A DNA stretch of 54,429 nucleotides, from positions 1-54,429 of the IMG/VR virus record IMGVR_UViG_3300009788_000023. One strand, 5' to 3'. The notes below the pieces were generated by a model, which did not search any database, was not told the DNA's origin, and saw only the letters and a list, made by a program, of their open reading frames with translations. Source of the DNA: a virus (taxonomy: Duplodnaviria; Caudoviricetes). How positions within the stretch are numbered: position 1 is the first letter of the stretch; each line of letters starts with the position of its first letter. Shown here in pieces: positions 16,015 to 24,080 of the stretch. Made by a program: the position numbers and the translations under genes.

Positions 16015-16204
16015 ATTATTTGTATGGGATGATTATGCCCCTGATTATTCCCCCGGCTTAGCTTTTGCGATTGCCGAAGATTCTGAGCAAGCAAGGGATA
16101 TGATTGAAAAAGATGTAGGTTACAGGAACGACAGCCTATCTGCTACCCCGGATACTTACGACCTTACAACCCCTGTTGTTTATGCTTGTTCAGGGGGTGG
16201 ATAA
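15995..16204 (+). CDS. Hypothetical phage protein
   Basis: GGAG RBS; MAKKKLKLFVW...GLAFAIA. Confidence 0.7.
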   Translation: MAKKKLKLFVWDDYAPDYSPGLAFAIAEDSEQARDMIEKDVGYRNDSLSATPDTYDLTTPVVYACSGGG

Positions 16205-16374
16205 TGGCACGAACGAAAATTAACACCTGCCTCGGATGCGGGAAAGTTATTCCGCTTGACAGGGTTTGGTGCGATGAATGTGAAATACATAGCCCCGAGG
16301 ACGACTATCAATTTGGCATGGGGGATTTAGACGAATATGAGGATTCTACCGACTTTCTGGAGGATGAACTATGA
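16204..16374 (+). CDS. Small zinc-finger protein with acidic tail
   Basis: CLGCG...CDEC; TAATG coupling. Confidence 0.6.
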   Translation: MARTKINTCLGCGKVIPLDRVWCDECEIHSPEDDYQFGMGDLDEYEDSTDFLEDEL

Positions 16375-16616
16375 AATGCCCAAAATGCCAAAGGAAAACC
16401 GAAGTAACAGACTCCCGACCAGCGCCAAATAACAGAATTAGGCGCCGAAGGGGTTGTCCAAATTGTTCTCATACCTTTACAACTTATGAATCAACCGATA
16501 TTAGCGAGGACAAGGCCAAGTTATTGAGAATGCAGGAAATACAACTGAAGTTGATAGACAAACGAGTCCGTGCATTGCAAGCTTTGATGCGCAGAATGGA
16601 GAAGGCAAGTGTCTAA
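16371..16616 (+). CDS. NrdR-like N-terminal zinc ribbon protein lacking the ATP cone
   Basis: MKCPKC..T.VTDSR....IRRRRGCPNC..TFTTYE. Confidence 0.8.
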   Translation: MKCPKCQRKTEVTDSRPAPNNRIRRRRGCPNCSHTFTTYESTDISEDKAKLLRMQEIQLKLIDKRVRALQALMRRMEKASV

Positions 16617-17634
16617 AGCATGGGTAACAAAGACTAAATCAGGCAACTTTCAAGTGTCATGGTACGAAGGACGCGACCAAAACGGCAAACTCAAGAAACA
16701 TTCCAAAGTACAGTATTCCCGGGACCAGGCCGAAGGATTCAAGGCCGATATTATACACAAGCTCAATCGCGGACTGACTACAAGCCTTCTGGCTGTGCCA
16801 TGGGACCAACTCAAATACGAATACATCGAGGCAAAGCAGGCCGAAAGAAAGGCCAAAGCGACGATAATCGAGATAGTAGGCATGTTCAAGCGTTTCGAGC
16901 GACTTGTCGGCCTACTGCGGTCCACGGAGCTCCAACAGGAGCACCTTGACAAGTTTAAGCGACTCCGAGGGAACGAATGCAAGTCGGCCAACACTCTGAA
17001 TAAGGATTTAGCCAACCTCAAGGCGTTCGTTCGCTATTTTTCCATCGACAGGGCTTATATTAGGCCGTATATGGTCATTAAGCAGGTCAAGGCGACTGTT
17101 AAGCCTGTCCGGGCGCTGACTGAGGAACAGATCCAAAGCCTTTTGTGTTCGTTAAAGCAAAACAGCCGGCCATATTATATTCGGGCCTTGCTTGCGCTCT
17201 GTGCCGGTCTGGACGTTAGCTCGATAGACTACATCCGGATTCAGGATATTCATTTCGAGGACGATACGATAGATACGTTCCGGCCTAAGAAGAGTAAGTG
17301 GCACGCTATGCGCCCTATTCAAAGTGCTGTTATGAATGAAATCGCCGACTTCTGGTTGCATCAAAAGGACGGGCAGGTTCGGTTATTGCCGGATAGATAT
17401 ACCTGGTACGCGTGGAATCAACTGTGCGATAGTGCCGGTATAAACTCGACTTTCCATAATCTTCGCAAAACCTACGCAAGTATGCTCGTCAAAAAAGGCG
17501 TTTCTTTGGCTGTCGCGCAGGGCTTACTTGACCACCAGTCGATTGAAACAACTCGAAAGTTCTATCTCGACATAACCGGGGAAGAAAAAAAGGCAGCCGA
17601 TAGTTTACCGGCAGCCTCTTGGATTGGCCGATAG
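16609..17634 (+). CDS. Tyrosine recombinase/integrase (box I Arg replaced by Asp)
   Basis: SANTLNKDL, HNLRKTYA, LDH...TTRKFY; box I reads AGLDVSSI. Confidence 0.85.
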   Translation: MSKAWVTKTKSGNFQVSWYEGRDQNGKLKKHSKVQYSRDQAEGFKADIIHKLNRGLTTSLLAVPWDQLKYEYIEAKQAERKAKATIIEIVGMFKRFERLVGLLRSTELQQEHLDKFKRLRGNECKSANTLNKDLANLKAFVRYFSIDRAYIRPYMVIKQVKATVKPVRALTEEQIQSLLCSLKQNSRPYYIRALLALCAGLDVSSIDYIRIQDIHFEDDTIDTFRPKKSKWHAMRPIQSAVMNEIADFWLHQKDGQVRLLPDRYTWYAWNQLCDSAGINSTFHNLRKTYASMLVKKGVSLAVAQGLLDHQSIETTRKFYLDITGEEKKAADSLPAASWIGR

Positions 17635-17639
17635 TTTAG

Positions 17640-18050
17640 TTACGCCACTTGAAAATCAACCCGCGGGGCGCAGGAATCAGAGCAATAACTTCCCCAGTAT
17701 TTTTTAGGTAACGGTTTTCCGTTTAGCTCGTATTGGTCGTCAAACCAAAATCCTTCGCAGTCCGTGTTATACAGTTCGCCGCAAACATCGCATTTTTCGA
17801 TTGTATCTGGTAGGCAATGTATGGTTTCTTGTAGATAGTATATCAGACTAAAAGCTTTGTTTTGGGACAACTTTGGACGGAATTCGCCAGTCAAGTATTC
17901 ATATAACTTGCTCACTTGTTCGCAAATCCCAATATAATTATCGGTCTTTTCTTCGGCTTCAGAGTTCTCATTGCGAGTGCAACTCCAGCATTTTACGCCA
18001 TAATTGTTTTCATTCCAACAATTGGAAACTCTCAAAATACATTTAATCAT
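17640..18050 (-). CDS. Cys-rich hypothetical protein
   Basis: ORF track; several CxxC pairs. Confidence 0.65.
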   Translation of the reverse strand: MIKCILRVSNCWNENNYGVKCWSCTRNENSEAEEKTDNYIGICEQVSKLYEYLTGEFRPKLSQNKAFSLIYYLQETIHCLPDTIEKCDVCGELYNTDCEGFWFDDQYELNGKPLPKKYWGSYCSDSCAPRVDFQVA

Positions 18051-18202
18051 TTCCCCAACCCCCTCTCCAGTAGCTGTTTGTAAAACTCCGCTTTACTAAG
18101 CTCCGCGTTCTTCGCAGCGGCGCGATGATAGGCAATCATAACCTTGCGATATAACGGCAGGTCGATATTTAGCGCCCTTTGTTTTTTGCGTTCTTTTGTC
18201 AT
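18047..18202 (-). CDS. Ribbon-helix-helix-like small DNA-binding protein (51 aa)
   Basis: Manual translation MTKERKKQRALNIDLPLYRKV...LSKAEFYKQLLERGLGK; GAAAGG RBS. Confidence 0.55.
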   Translation of the reverse strand: MTKERKKQRALNIDLPLYRKVMIAYHRAAAKNAELSKAEFYKQLLERGLGK

Positions 18203-18205
18203 TGT

Positions 18206-18298
18206 TCAAGCCTTTCTAACTAAAAGTTTCCATAAATTGAGTAAAATATAGTTTGTGAGTAATAACTGTGATAATATCGCAATTAAGAACCATATCAT
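18206..18298 (-). CDS. 30-aa hydrophobic membrane peptide
   Basis: MIWFLIAILSQLLLTNYILLNLWKLLVRKA; AAAGGA RBS. Confidence 0.5.
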   Translation of the reverse strand: MIWFLIAILSQLLLTNYILLNLWKLLVRKA

Positions 18299-18377
18299 AA
18301 TATCACTTCCTTTCTAAGCCCCCAAAAAAGTTTCTGAGTCCTATTGCATTGGCCGTGTCGATATTTACGGGCGTTTT

Positions 18378-18791
18378 TCAGCCTGTATCGCCTGTAATCG
18401 CTGTGTATTGGTAAACGTGCTTGTGAACTTCACAGAAATCTGTTTTACATTTTTGGCACGTGGCGGTTTGGTTCGTATAGGTGATTTCGTCCCAGTCGGT
18501 ATCGGAACAATCCCACACTATATCGTCGCCCATTGCGCCACATTTCGGACATTTACTCTCGCATCGGCGCTGATTGTCCTCAATTTCCGGCTCGTTTAGC
18601 TTTTCGAGTAGCTTGTTAAAAGCTAACTTGTCGATAATCAAATCGGCGTTCAATGTTTTGCCAGAGCGACCGATAGCGTCAACATAAACCATTTCGTTTC
18701 CATCCCAAACGTGGACAGCTTTTAGTTTATGCGTTCCATTCCTGCCAGTAACGAGCGAGCGTTCTACGTTTGTTTCTTGCATAATGTTCAT
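18378..18791 (-). CDS. Hypothetical protein with C-terminal zinc ribbon
   Basis: GAAAGGGG RBS; CPKC...CQKC. Confidence 0.7.
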   Translation of the reverse strand: MNIMQETNVERSLVTGRNGTHKLKAVHVWDGNEMVYVDAIGRSGKTLNADLIIDKLAFNKLLEKLNEPEIEDNQRRCESKCPKCGAMGDDIVWDCSDTDWDEITYTNQTATCQKCKTDFCEVHKHVYQYTAITGDTG

Positions 18792-18859
18792 AATAAACCC
18801 CTTTCAAAAGTTATCAAAACAGTTATCCGGGAACTCCGCAGAGCGCCCGGCAAACGGTT

Positions 18860-19204
18860 TTAATATAAGTCGTCTATTGCATCCTTGAGGTTTTCTTTCA
18901 ATTCGTCCAATTCATCAGGAGTCAAGTATTGCTCATTAAGCTCAATAAGAATACCGTCCGTCGTCTGTGAGTCCAACCAATCGCATTTTCCGCAACGATA
19001 GGCTATTGGGTCATTCTCTTTGAGAAACTTGGCAGGTTCGATGTGAACGCCTAATATCTCATGTTCTGGCGTTATCTCGTTGAGCATTTCGTCGTATTGA
19101 TCATCCAATTCATCGTAAGATAAACCGCCAATTTCAATGCCCAAAGTTTCCGATAATTCTACCAATTTTTGGTCATCGTCAATTTTCTTTTGTTCTGCTT
19201 TCAT
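18860..19204 (-). CDS. Acidic hypothetical early protein
   Basis: AAGGAG RBS; YDEML.E...LKE.DPIAYRCG..DW.D. Confidence 0.75.
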   Translation of the reverse strand: MKAEQKKIDDDQKLVELSETLGIEIGGLSYDELDDQYDEMLNEITPEHEILGVHIEPAKFLKENDPIAYRCGKCDWLDSQTTDGILIELNEQYLTPDELDELKENLKDAIDDLY

Positions 19205-19232
19205 TTTTTCGACTCCTTAATAAAGTTAGTGG

Positions 19233-19403
19233 TTAATCTTCTAAGCCTTGCATTAAGGCTCTCATATATTCCATGCGTTTCTGCTTATCAGGAAAGGCAC
19301 GCCGTGTGCCGTAATCAAGGTTTTCTCTGATTCTAATATCACTTAACCCGATAGTTTCACTGAGTTTTAACTTGTGTCTATTCTTAAACTTTTTAGGCTT
19401 CAT
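19233..19403 (-). CDS. Small basic hypothetical protein
   Basis: GAAAGGG RBS before MKPKKF. Confidence 0.6.
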   Translation of the reverse strand: MKPKKFKNRHKLKLSETIGLSDIRIRENLDYGTRRAFPDKQKRMEYMRALMQGLED

Positions 19404-19471
19404 GGCTTTCCCTTTCAAAAGCCCCGCCCGGCAGATATTCCAACTACCAAGTGGAGCGGGAGTTGGTTGTA

Positions 19472-19627
19472 TCAAGCCTTATCCCATCTTCCAGTAAATC
19501 CCCATTCACACAACATCGCAAAGCTTACGGCTATCCACAAAGGTATGCTTACACAGATTACAAAAAAGCCAGCGAGCAACCAAATAGGGGATGTAATAAT
19601 TATAGCTACTAATCTTAATAGTTTCAT
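19472..19627 (-). CDS. Small membrane protein
   Basis: GAAAGGG RBS; long hydrophobic stretch. Confidence 0.6.
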   Translation of the reverse strand: MKLLRLVAIIITSPIWLLAGFFVICVSIPLWIAVSFAMLCEWGFTGRWDKA

Positions 19628-19652
19628 AATTCCAACCCTTTCAATTAAAGTT

Positions 19653-19742
19653 AATAAAGCCCACCGACCAGTAATCAACCGACCAAAGAAGAGAATTGAG
19701 GCCGATGGGCGTTGTTTTAGTTGTTTGGTCGATATAGCACAT
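19653..19742 (-). promoter_or_regulatory. Leader/attenuator element C
   Basis: ATCGACCAAA (19724-19733) complementary to TTTGGTCGGT (19678-19687) in the loop of GCCCATCGGCC/GGTCGGTGGGC + TTTATT. Confidence 0.55.
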
Positions 19743-19777
19743 ATACAGAGGCTATGAATAGCCCCGCCCTGCGGATT

Positions 19778-19957
19778 TTAGATACCCATATCACGTCTGG
19801 CGGCGGCTGCCGATGTGCCGCAAATATCTCTGAGAATCTGATTCTTTGCCCTTGCAGCAGCGTTACGCTGGCACTTAACACAAAAAAACTTACCATTGCG
19901 CTTGCTAATTGGTGCTCGGTGTTTCTTGCAGACTAAAATGCCGTTTTCATGTTCCAT
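19778..19957 (-). CDS. Small zinc-finger early protein (59 aa)
   Basis: Manual translation MEHENGILVCKKH...FFCVKC; AAGGGG RBS. Confidence 0.6.
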   Translation of the reverse strand: MEHENGILVCKKHRAPISKRNGKFFCVKCQRNAAARAKNQILRDICGTSAAAARRDMGI

Positions 19958-20003
19958 TTTTAACCCCTTGTTAAACTCGATTAACTTGTCATTTACTACT
20001 CAA

Positions 20004-20032
20004 ATTATATCGGCTATTTATGTTGTTGTCAA
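20004..20032 (-). promoter_or_regulatory. Consensus sigma-70 early promoter
   Basis: TTGACA-17-TATAAT. Confidence 0.85.
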
Positions 20033-20141
20033 CAATAAAATGTAACCAATTGTAATATTTATTCGATGATAACAGTTATAGTCTATAATAATAGTATAAA
20101 AAATATTAAGATTAATTTGCTTTTTTTGACGATAGAGTAAA

Positions 20142-20224
20142 TATGATTAAAGAGTTTATACTGTTTGTTATTTGCAATTCCGTCGGGCGGGTTATCTTTA
20201 ATCATAAGCCGTCCGGCTTTTTTC
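20142..20224 (+). promoter_or_regulatory. Leader/attenuator element D
   Basis: TATGATTAAAGA (20142-20153) complementary to TCTTTAATCATA (20195-20206) in the loop of GTCGGGCGG/CCGTCCGGC + T-run. Confidence 0.6.
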
Positions 20225-20230
20225 TTGCTT

Positions 20231-20437
20231 ATGAGACCAAATAAACATAAACGCAAAAGACAGAACAAACACCAACAGAGCCCATTTTGTAAGCGTATTT
20301 TAGCACTACTCAATACCCAGTCAATAACAGGCAAAGAGCGCGACTTCCTAACGGATTGTTACGGCTCAAAGTCTGTAGGCAAACAGCAGCAATATATCCT
20401 TAACAGGATAGAAGATAGACAAAGACAATTGATTTAA
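20231..20437 (+). CDS. Small basic hypothetical protein
   Basis: MRPNKHKRKR...ITGKERDFL..; follows element D. Confidence 0.55.
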   Translation: MRPNKHKRKRQNKHQQSPFCKRILALLNTQSITGKERDFLTDCYGSKSVGKQQQYILNRIEDRQRQLI

Positions 20438-21056
20438 GGCAGCTTTAATCCCTGTCGTGTAGTAAGGGCGGCGAAAACAAAGCGAGTCGCAGGATTAATC
20501 GCAGATGGATCAGCGGCGCAGTAAGCTGGCCGGAACATAAAACTTAGACGTCGAAAAACCTACTCAACGCAAAGTTAAGACTCGAACCAAATTCAGCAGA
20601 AGTCTCGGACGTTTCACCGATTAAATGCTTAAACAATTTGGCTATTCTTTCAAAAATAGTGCCAGACAGGGCCTTAATTCTGTCAACTTATAATAGTCTT
20701 TACTAATAAATCAGCGCATAAAATCAGACAGTAAACAACTCCAAAAGCGACTATAAACAAGGTAGAATGAATGAACGTAGAGTGAGTCCAGAACGAACGA
20801 AGTGAAGGAATGAACAACTAAGATAATTGAATTGATTAAATGAAGTGCAATTATAAACACAGTCTATAATACCAGCTTGAATGAGCAATGCAGTACTAAT
20901 AGACGGTTGAATAAGTAGCTTGTGTATCATAACCAATGAAATATGAGACACAAACCAGCTTGTGTGTAGTGTATCAGACTCAAGGCGTTAATACTATCAG
21001 ACCTTGCAATATGTAGTACGGCTCAATCTTTCCCGGTTAACCACTACCACCAGTAT

Positions 21057-21085
21057 CCGCTTTAATACCGCTTTATACCCGCTTT
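21057..21085. repeat. CCGCTTT x3 at 11-bp period
   Basis: Direct reading. Confidence 0.7.
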
Positions 21086-21256
21086 TAGCCCTGTATATGG
21101 GCTCATTGTAGCCCTGATAGTGTGATTATAGTATGATGCGGGTAATAGCGTAGTGTTAAGTGTGGTAGTAGCAAGCACTTAGTGATAGTGTTGATAGTAT
21201 AGATAATACGATTAAGGCTGTTTAGGGCTCAATAAGGCGATTCTCTCAGAAAGGTC

Positions 21257-21293
21257 GGGCAGGCGTCCCAAGGGGGGCGGGGGGCTTGCTGGG
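21257..21293 (+). other. G-tract cluster (G6-C-G6), candidate packaging/terminus signal
   Basis: GGG-N12-GGGGGG-C-GGGGGG-N6-GGG next to an HNH gene in the long non-coding region. Confidence 0.35.
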
Positions 21294-21313
21294 TCCCATT
21301 ACTACACTCCCCC

Positions 21314-21751
21314 CTACCGATATGAAATCCCATAGATTCGTTTTAGGTTTGCGGCAAGAACGACCATATCTACAGCGTAATGCACTTTTCTATGGCAGTT
21401 GGCACAAATTAAAGCACATTCTTCGCACATTTCCTTTAATCTCTTTATAGAGTATGATTTCTGTGCCCACATAGCGGCTCTATCGGTCTTTCCCTTCTTT
21501 TCATTGACATGGTGGAACTCAAGGCAGGAATGGTCGTTCTCGGGGCAAATCAGGCATTTATGGGTTCGTTTATAATTGTCGAGAAAAGCTCTATTTCGCT
21601 TTCGGATCTGTTTATTCTTTTTCCTGAGTCTGGCATTTTCGCAGAGCCGGCACCATGATTTATATCTTTTCCGGTCTGCTTTAGTCGTTCTTGCCAAAAC
21701 GAAGAATTCTTTATTTGGCTGAGATTTTTTACATTTAGTGCATATTCTCAT
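21314..21751 (-). CDS. HNH endonuclease with N-terminal zinc finger
   Basis: CTKC...CRLC; CLIC...LEFHH...C..ICANCHRKVH. Confidence 0.85.
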   Translation of the reverse strand: MRICTKCKKSQPNKEFFVLARTTKADRKRYKSWCRLCENARLRKKNKQIRKRNRAFLDNYKRTHKCLICPENDHSCLEFHHVNEKKGKTDRAAMWAQKSYSIKRLKEMCEECALICANCHRKVHYAVDMVVLAANLKRIYGISYR

Positions 21752-21766
21752 AATTTAGGTACCATA

Positions 21767-21928
21767 CTACTTGAGTCCCACTCGATTCAATTTCCGACAA
21801 AAGTGTTTTCTACAGAGGTTCGAGAAGGTTGGTTTCAGCTTTGGGTTTTCGAATTTACCTGAAGCTCTGTCGATTTTTAATTGTTCGTTGATTTTATTAA
21901 TTAATTGAGTTATTGTATATTTAATCAC
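21767..21928 (-). CDS. Small hypothetical protein
   Basis: GTG start with AAGGGA RBS; manual translation. Confidence 0.4.
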   Translation of the reverse strand: MIKYTITQLINKINEQLKIDRASGKFENPKLKPTFSNLCRKHFCRKLNRVGLK

Positions 21929-21952
21929 AATCTTCCCTTTTTACTTTTGGTC

Positions 21953-22135
21953 TTACGAATTCAGATGTTCACAAGTATTATAATGCGGGCATTTTGATTC
22001 ATACTTTGAGTTATCTGCTTGGCAGCATATTCCTGGATGGAATGGTCCGCCTTTTTTGCAGGGACTTGATGGGTGATATATTGGATGCTTGGCGGTTTTT
22101 GAGTCTGGTTGCGTATTTGCTGTTATTAGCTTCAT
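21953..22135 (-). CDS. Small Cys/His-rich protein
   Basis: ORF track; ATGA overlap. Confidence 0.5.
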   Translation of the reverse strand: MKLITANTQPDSKTAKHPIYHPSSPCKKGGPFHPGICCQADNSKYESKCPHYNTCEHLNS

Positions 22136-22266
22136 CTGTCAATTTTCCTCCATTCCATCCATTTCCCACAGTTATCGCATCTGGTTTTGATTACATTGGC
22201 GTCGTGGATTTCCTGTTTGTGGCATTTTGGGCATTTCCACTTAAATTGTTCGAGTGTATTTTCCAT
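22132..22266 (-). CDS. Small zinc-ribbon protein (44 aa)
   Basis: MENTLEQFKWKCPKC...RCDNCG; manual translation. Confidence 0.55.
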   Translation of the reverse strand: MENTLEQFKWKCPKCHKQEIHDANVIKTRCDNCGKWMEWRKIDR

Positions 22267-22267
22267 A

Positions 22268-22537
22268 TCAGTATCTGAACCCAAATTCCTCTGGCATCAT
22301 TTTGAATATTGGCTCTTCAAAAGTTATTGGTACCTTTAGTTGATCTATGAGAGATTTTGGTAGCGGTACGATTTTATCATCTTCGACTAAATCTGATATT
22401 CTTAAGGGTATGCCATCCCAGAATCCTACATTTGGGAAGATTCCTTCAACTTCGGGCGGGAATTCTTCTTTTATCCTATCCCATGTATTTTTTGAGACGA
22501 GAATCATTCCTACTTCGTATGGTATTTCTTTTTCCAT
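22268..22537 (-). CDS. Hypothetical protein
   Basis: Start reassigned to MEKEIPY, abutting the upstream stop. Confidence 0.6.
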   Translation of the reverse strand: MEKEIPYEVGMILVSKNTWDRIKEEFPPEVEGIFPNVGFWDGIPLRISDLVEDDKIVPLPKSLIDQLKVPITFEEPIFKMMPEEFGFRY

Positions 22538-22538
22538 A

Positions 22539-22958
22539 TCAGAGTTTTTCGAGGAGTTCTTTGATTTCAATGGCGCCGTTTTTGCAGAGCAATCTTTCTC
22601 CCGGGTAATCGCCCGTAGTATTATTGCAAGTGTTTATTATCGCTCTGGCTATTGTGCTTATTTCCTCTTTAATCTTCTGTTTTTCCTCGGGTGCCTTGGT
22701 ATTGATTATATTGCCATCGTCGCTGACTTGAACATTTAATCCTATACATGGATTTTCTTCTTCTTTCCCATCCCTGACGGGGTTTGAGCCGATCTTGTGT
22801 TCTCCGCACCATCCGAGGTAGGCATAAACTACTGGATACCCCTGCAAAGTAGGACATCTTCGCCTACAGGCACCTCGGTTATCACCGTAGGGTGGTTTCG
22901 GCACATAATATCTGCACGAATTACAATTGAAGTTTGTTTTTCTGTCCCATTTATCCAT
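22539..22958 (-). CDS. Cys-cluster phage protein
   Basis: CNSCRYY...GACRR..P...WCGEH. Confidence 0.7.
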   Translation of the reverse strand: MDKWDRKTNFNCNSCRYYVPKPPYGDNRGACRRRCPTLQGYPVVYAYLGWCGEHKIGSNPVRDGKEEENPCIGLNVQVSDDGNIINTKAPEEKQKIKEEISTIARAIINTCNNTTGDYPGERLLCKNGAIEIKELLEKL

Positions 22959-23051
22959 TTTCTTTCCTCAGTTCGCTCTGTGTTGATTTCTGCGTAATAA
23001 TCCTCGCTTGAAGGCAGTTCGTCCAGCCACCGGCCTGCTGTGGCCTCAGAT

Positions 23052-23339
23052 TTAATCCTGTGGGCCTTCCGAGTCGTCCTCTGGCGGGTTCATAAGTAAA
23101 ATGTACTCGCCGGTTATCATAGTTGTTGCCGATTGGAGTAAATCCATTGCTTTTGCGAAGTCGTAATCATCCACTTTGAAGTTTCCGGACTTGCCTGCCT
23201 CGGTCTTTATGGAGGTTTGTAGCGTGTCTGGGTCTTTGATATCTTCTCGGATCACCATTATTTCGTCGTGTCGGACAAAGAGTTCGTCGAGTAGATCTTG
23301 TGTGCTCACGCATTTCAGGTCTGTTGTGGTTTCGGACAT
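23052..23339 (-). CDS. Hypothetical protein
   Basis: AAGGGG RBS; ORF track. Confidence 0.65.
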   Translation of the reverse strand: MSETTTDLKCVSTQDLLDELFVRHDEIMVIREDIKDPDTLQTSIKTEAGKSGNFKVDDYDFAKAMDLLQSATTMITGEYILLMNPPEDDSEGPQD

Positions 23340-23488
23340 TCCGGGCCCCTTTCTTCTACGATTACGCCTTGCTGGACTAATTTACTGAAATTATGCTGCT
23401 CTATGGCTTCCTGGGCAATACTCTTGGTATATTGGTTAATCTGCTGAGTTTCCAGCATCGCCGTTCTTTTTCGCTTTGCCTGGCCCAT
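23315..23488 (-). CDS. Small hypothetical protein (57 aa)
   Basis: MGQAKRKR...; TAATG coupling. Confidence 0.5.
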   Translation of the reverse strand: MGQAKRKRTAMLETQQINQYTKSIAQEAIEQHNFSKLVQQGVIVEERGPECPKPQQT

Positions 23489-23562
23489 TAATACCCCCTC
23501 TTGGCCTTATTCCGCTTGGCCCGGCCGCCGCGTTTCTTTTTCTTTTTTGCTTTCTTAGCCAT
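23488..23562 (-). CDS. 24-aa Lys/Arg-rich micropeptide
   Basis: MAKKAKKKKKRGGRAKRNKAKRGY; TAATG coupling on both sides. Confidence 0.5.
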   Translation of the reverse strand: MAKKAKKKKKRGGRAKRNKAKRGY

Positions 23563-23999
23563 TATCTGGGCTCCAAATCAGGTGCTCTGTTACCTAATAA
23601 AACGTTGAAAACGACCGTGCCTCTGGCTGATAGAGGTTGATTTCCCGGCGGTGGAATGTCGATAGCTTCGATGTCGATGGTGTACGTCCCGGGCGTTGTT
23701 GGGGTCCACTTAATGTCCCATCTGCCAGTCGATGTATTCTCGGTGATTGTCATACCCGGCTCTGGATTGATAATGGCTATCACGAACGGATCGCCGTCTG
23801 GGTCGGTGCATTTCTGGTCCCATACGAATTCTGTGCCGGCCCGACCTTCGATTCCGCCCTGGAGTTCGTACTGGACCGATGCGGCGTCGTAAGCAAAGGG
23901 GATATCTGCGGCCTTATACAAGACTGCTCCGCGGGACATGAGAACGAAGGCTACGATTATTGCTAATACTGTCAAGACCATTAAGATTCGCTTGTTCAT
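23562..23999 (-). CDS. Secreted Ig/cadherin-like domain protein
   Basis: Signal peptide; TDPDGD, GMTI...TG....WTP..PGTYTI. Confidence 0.75.
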   Translation of the reverse strand: MNKRILMVLTVLAIIVAFVLMSRGAVLYKAADIPFAYDAASVQYELQGGIEGRAGTEFVWDQKCTDPDGDPFVIAIINPEPGMTITENTSTGRWDIKWTPTTPGTYTIDIEAIDIPPPGNQPLSARGTVVFNVLLGNRAPDLEPR

Positions 24000-24080
24000 T
24001 TTTTGCCTGCTTTCTTCTCAGCCTTCCGCTGTTTTTTAATCTTTTTCTTCAAAGACTTGTCGCGGACGATTTTTTCTTTA

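Noticed and set aside
19407-19462. Fifth copy of the leader/attenuator design
   Set aside because: Hairpin and U-tract are present, but upstream-to-loop complementarity is only about 6 nt (CCAACT/AGTTGG), too weak to count
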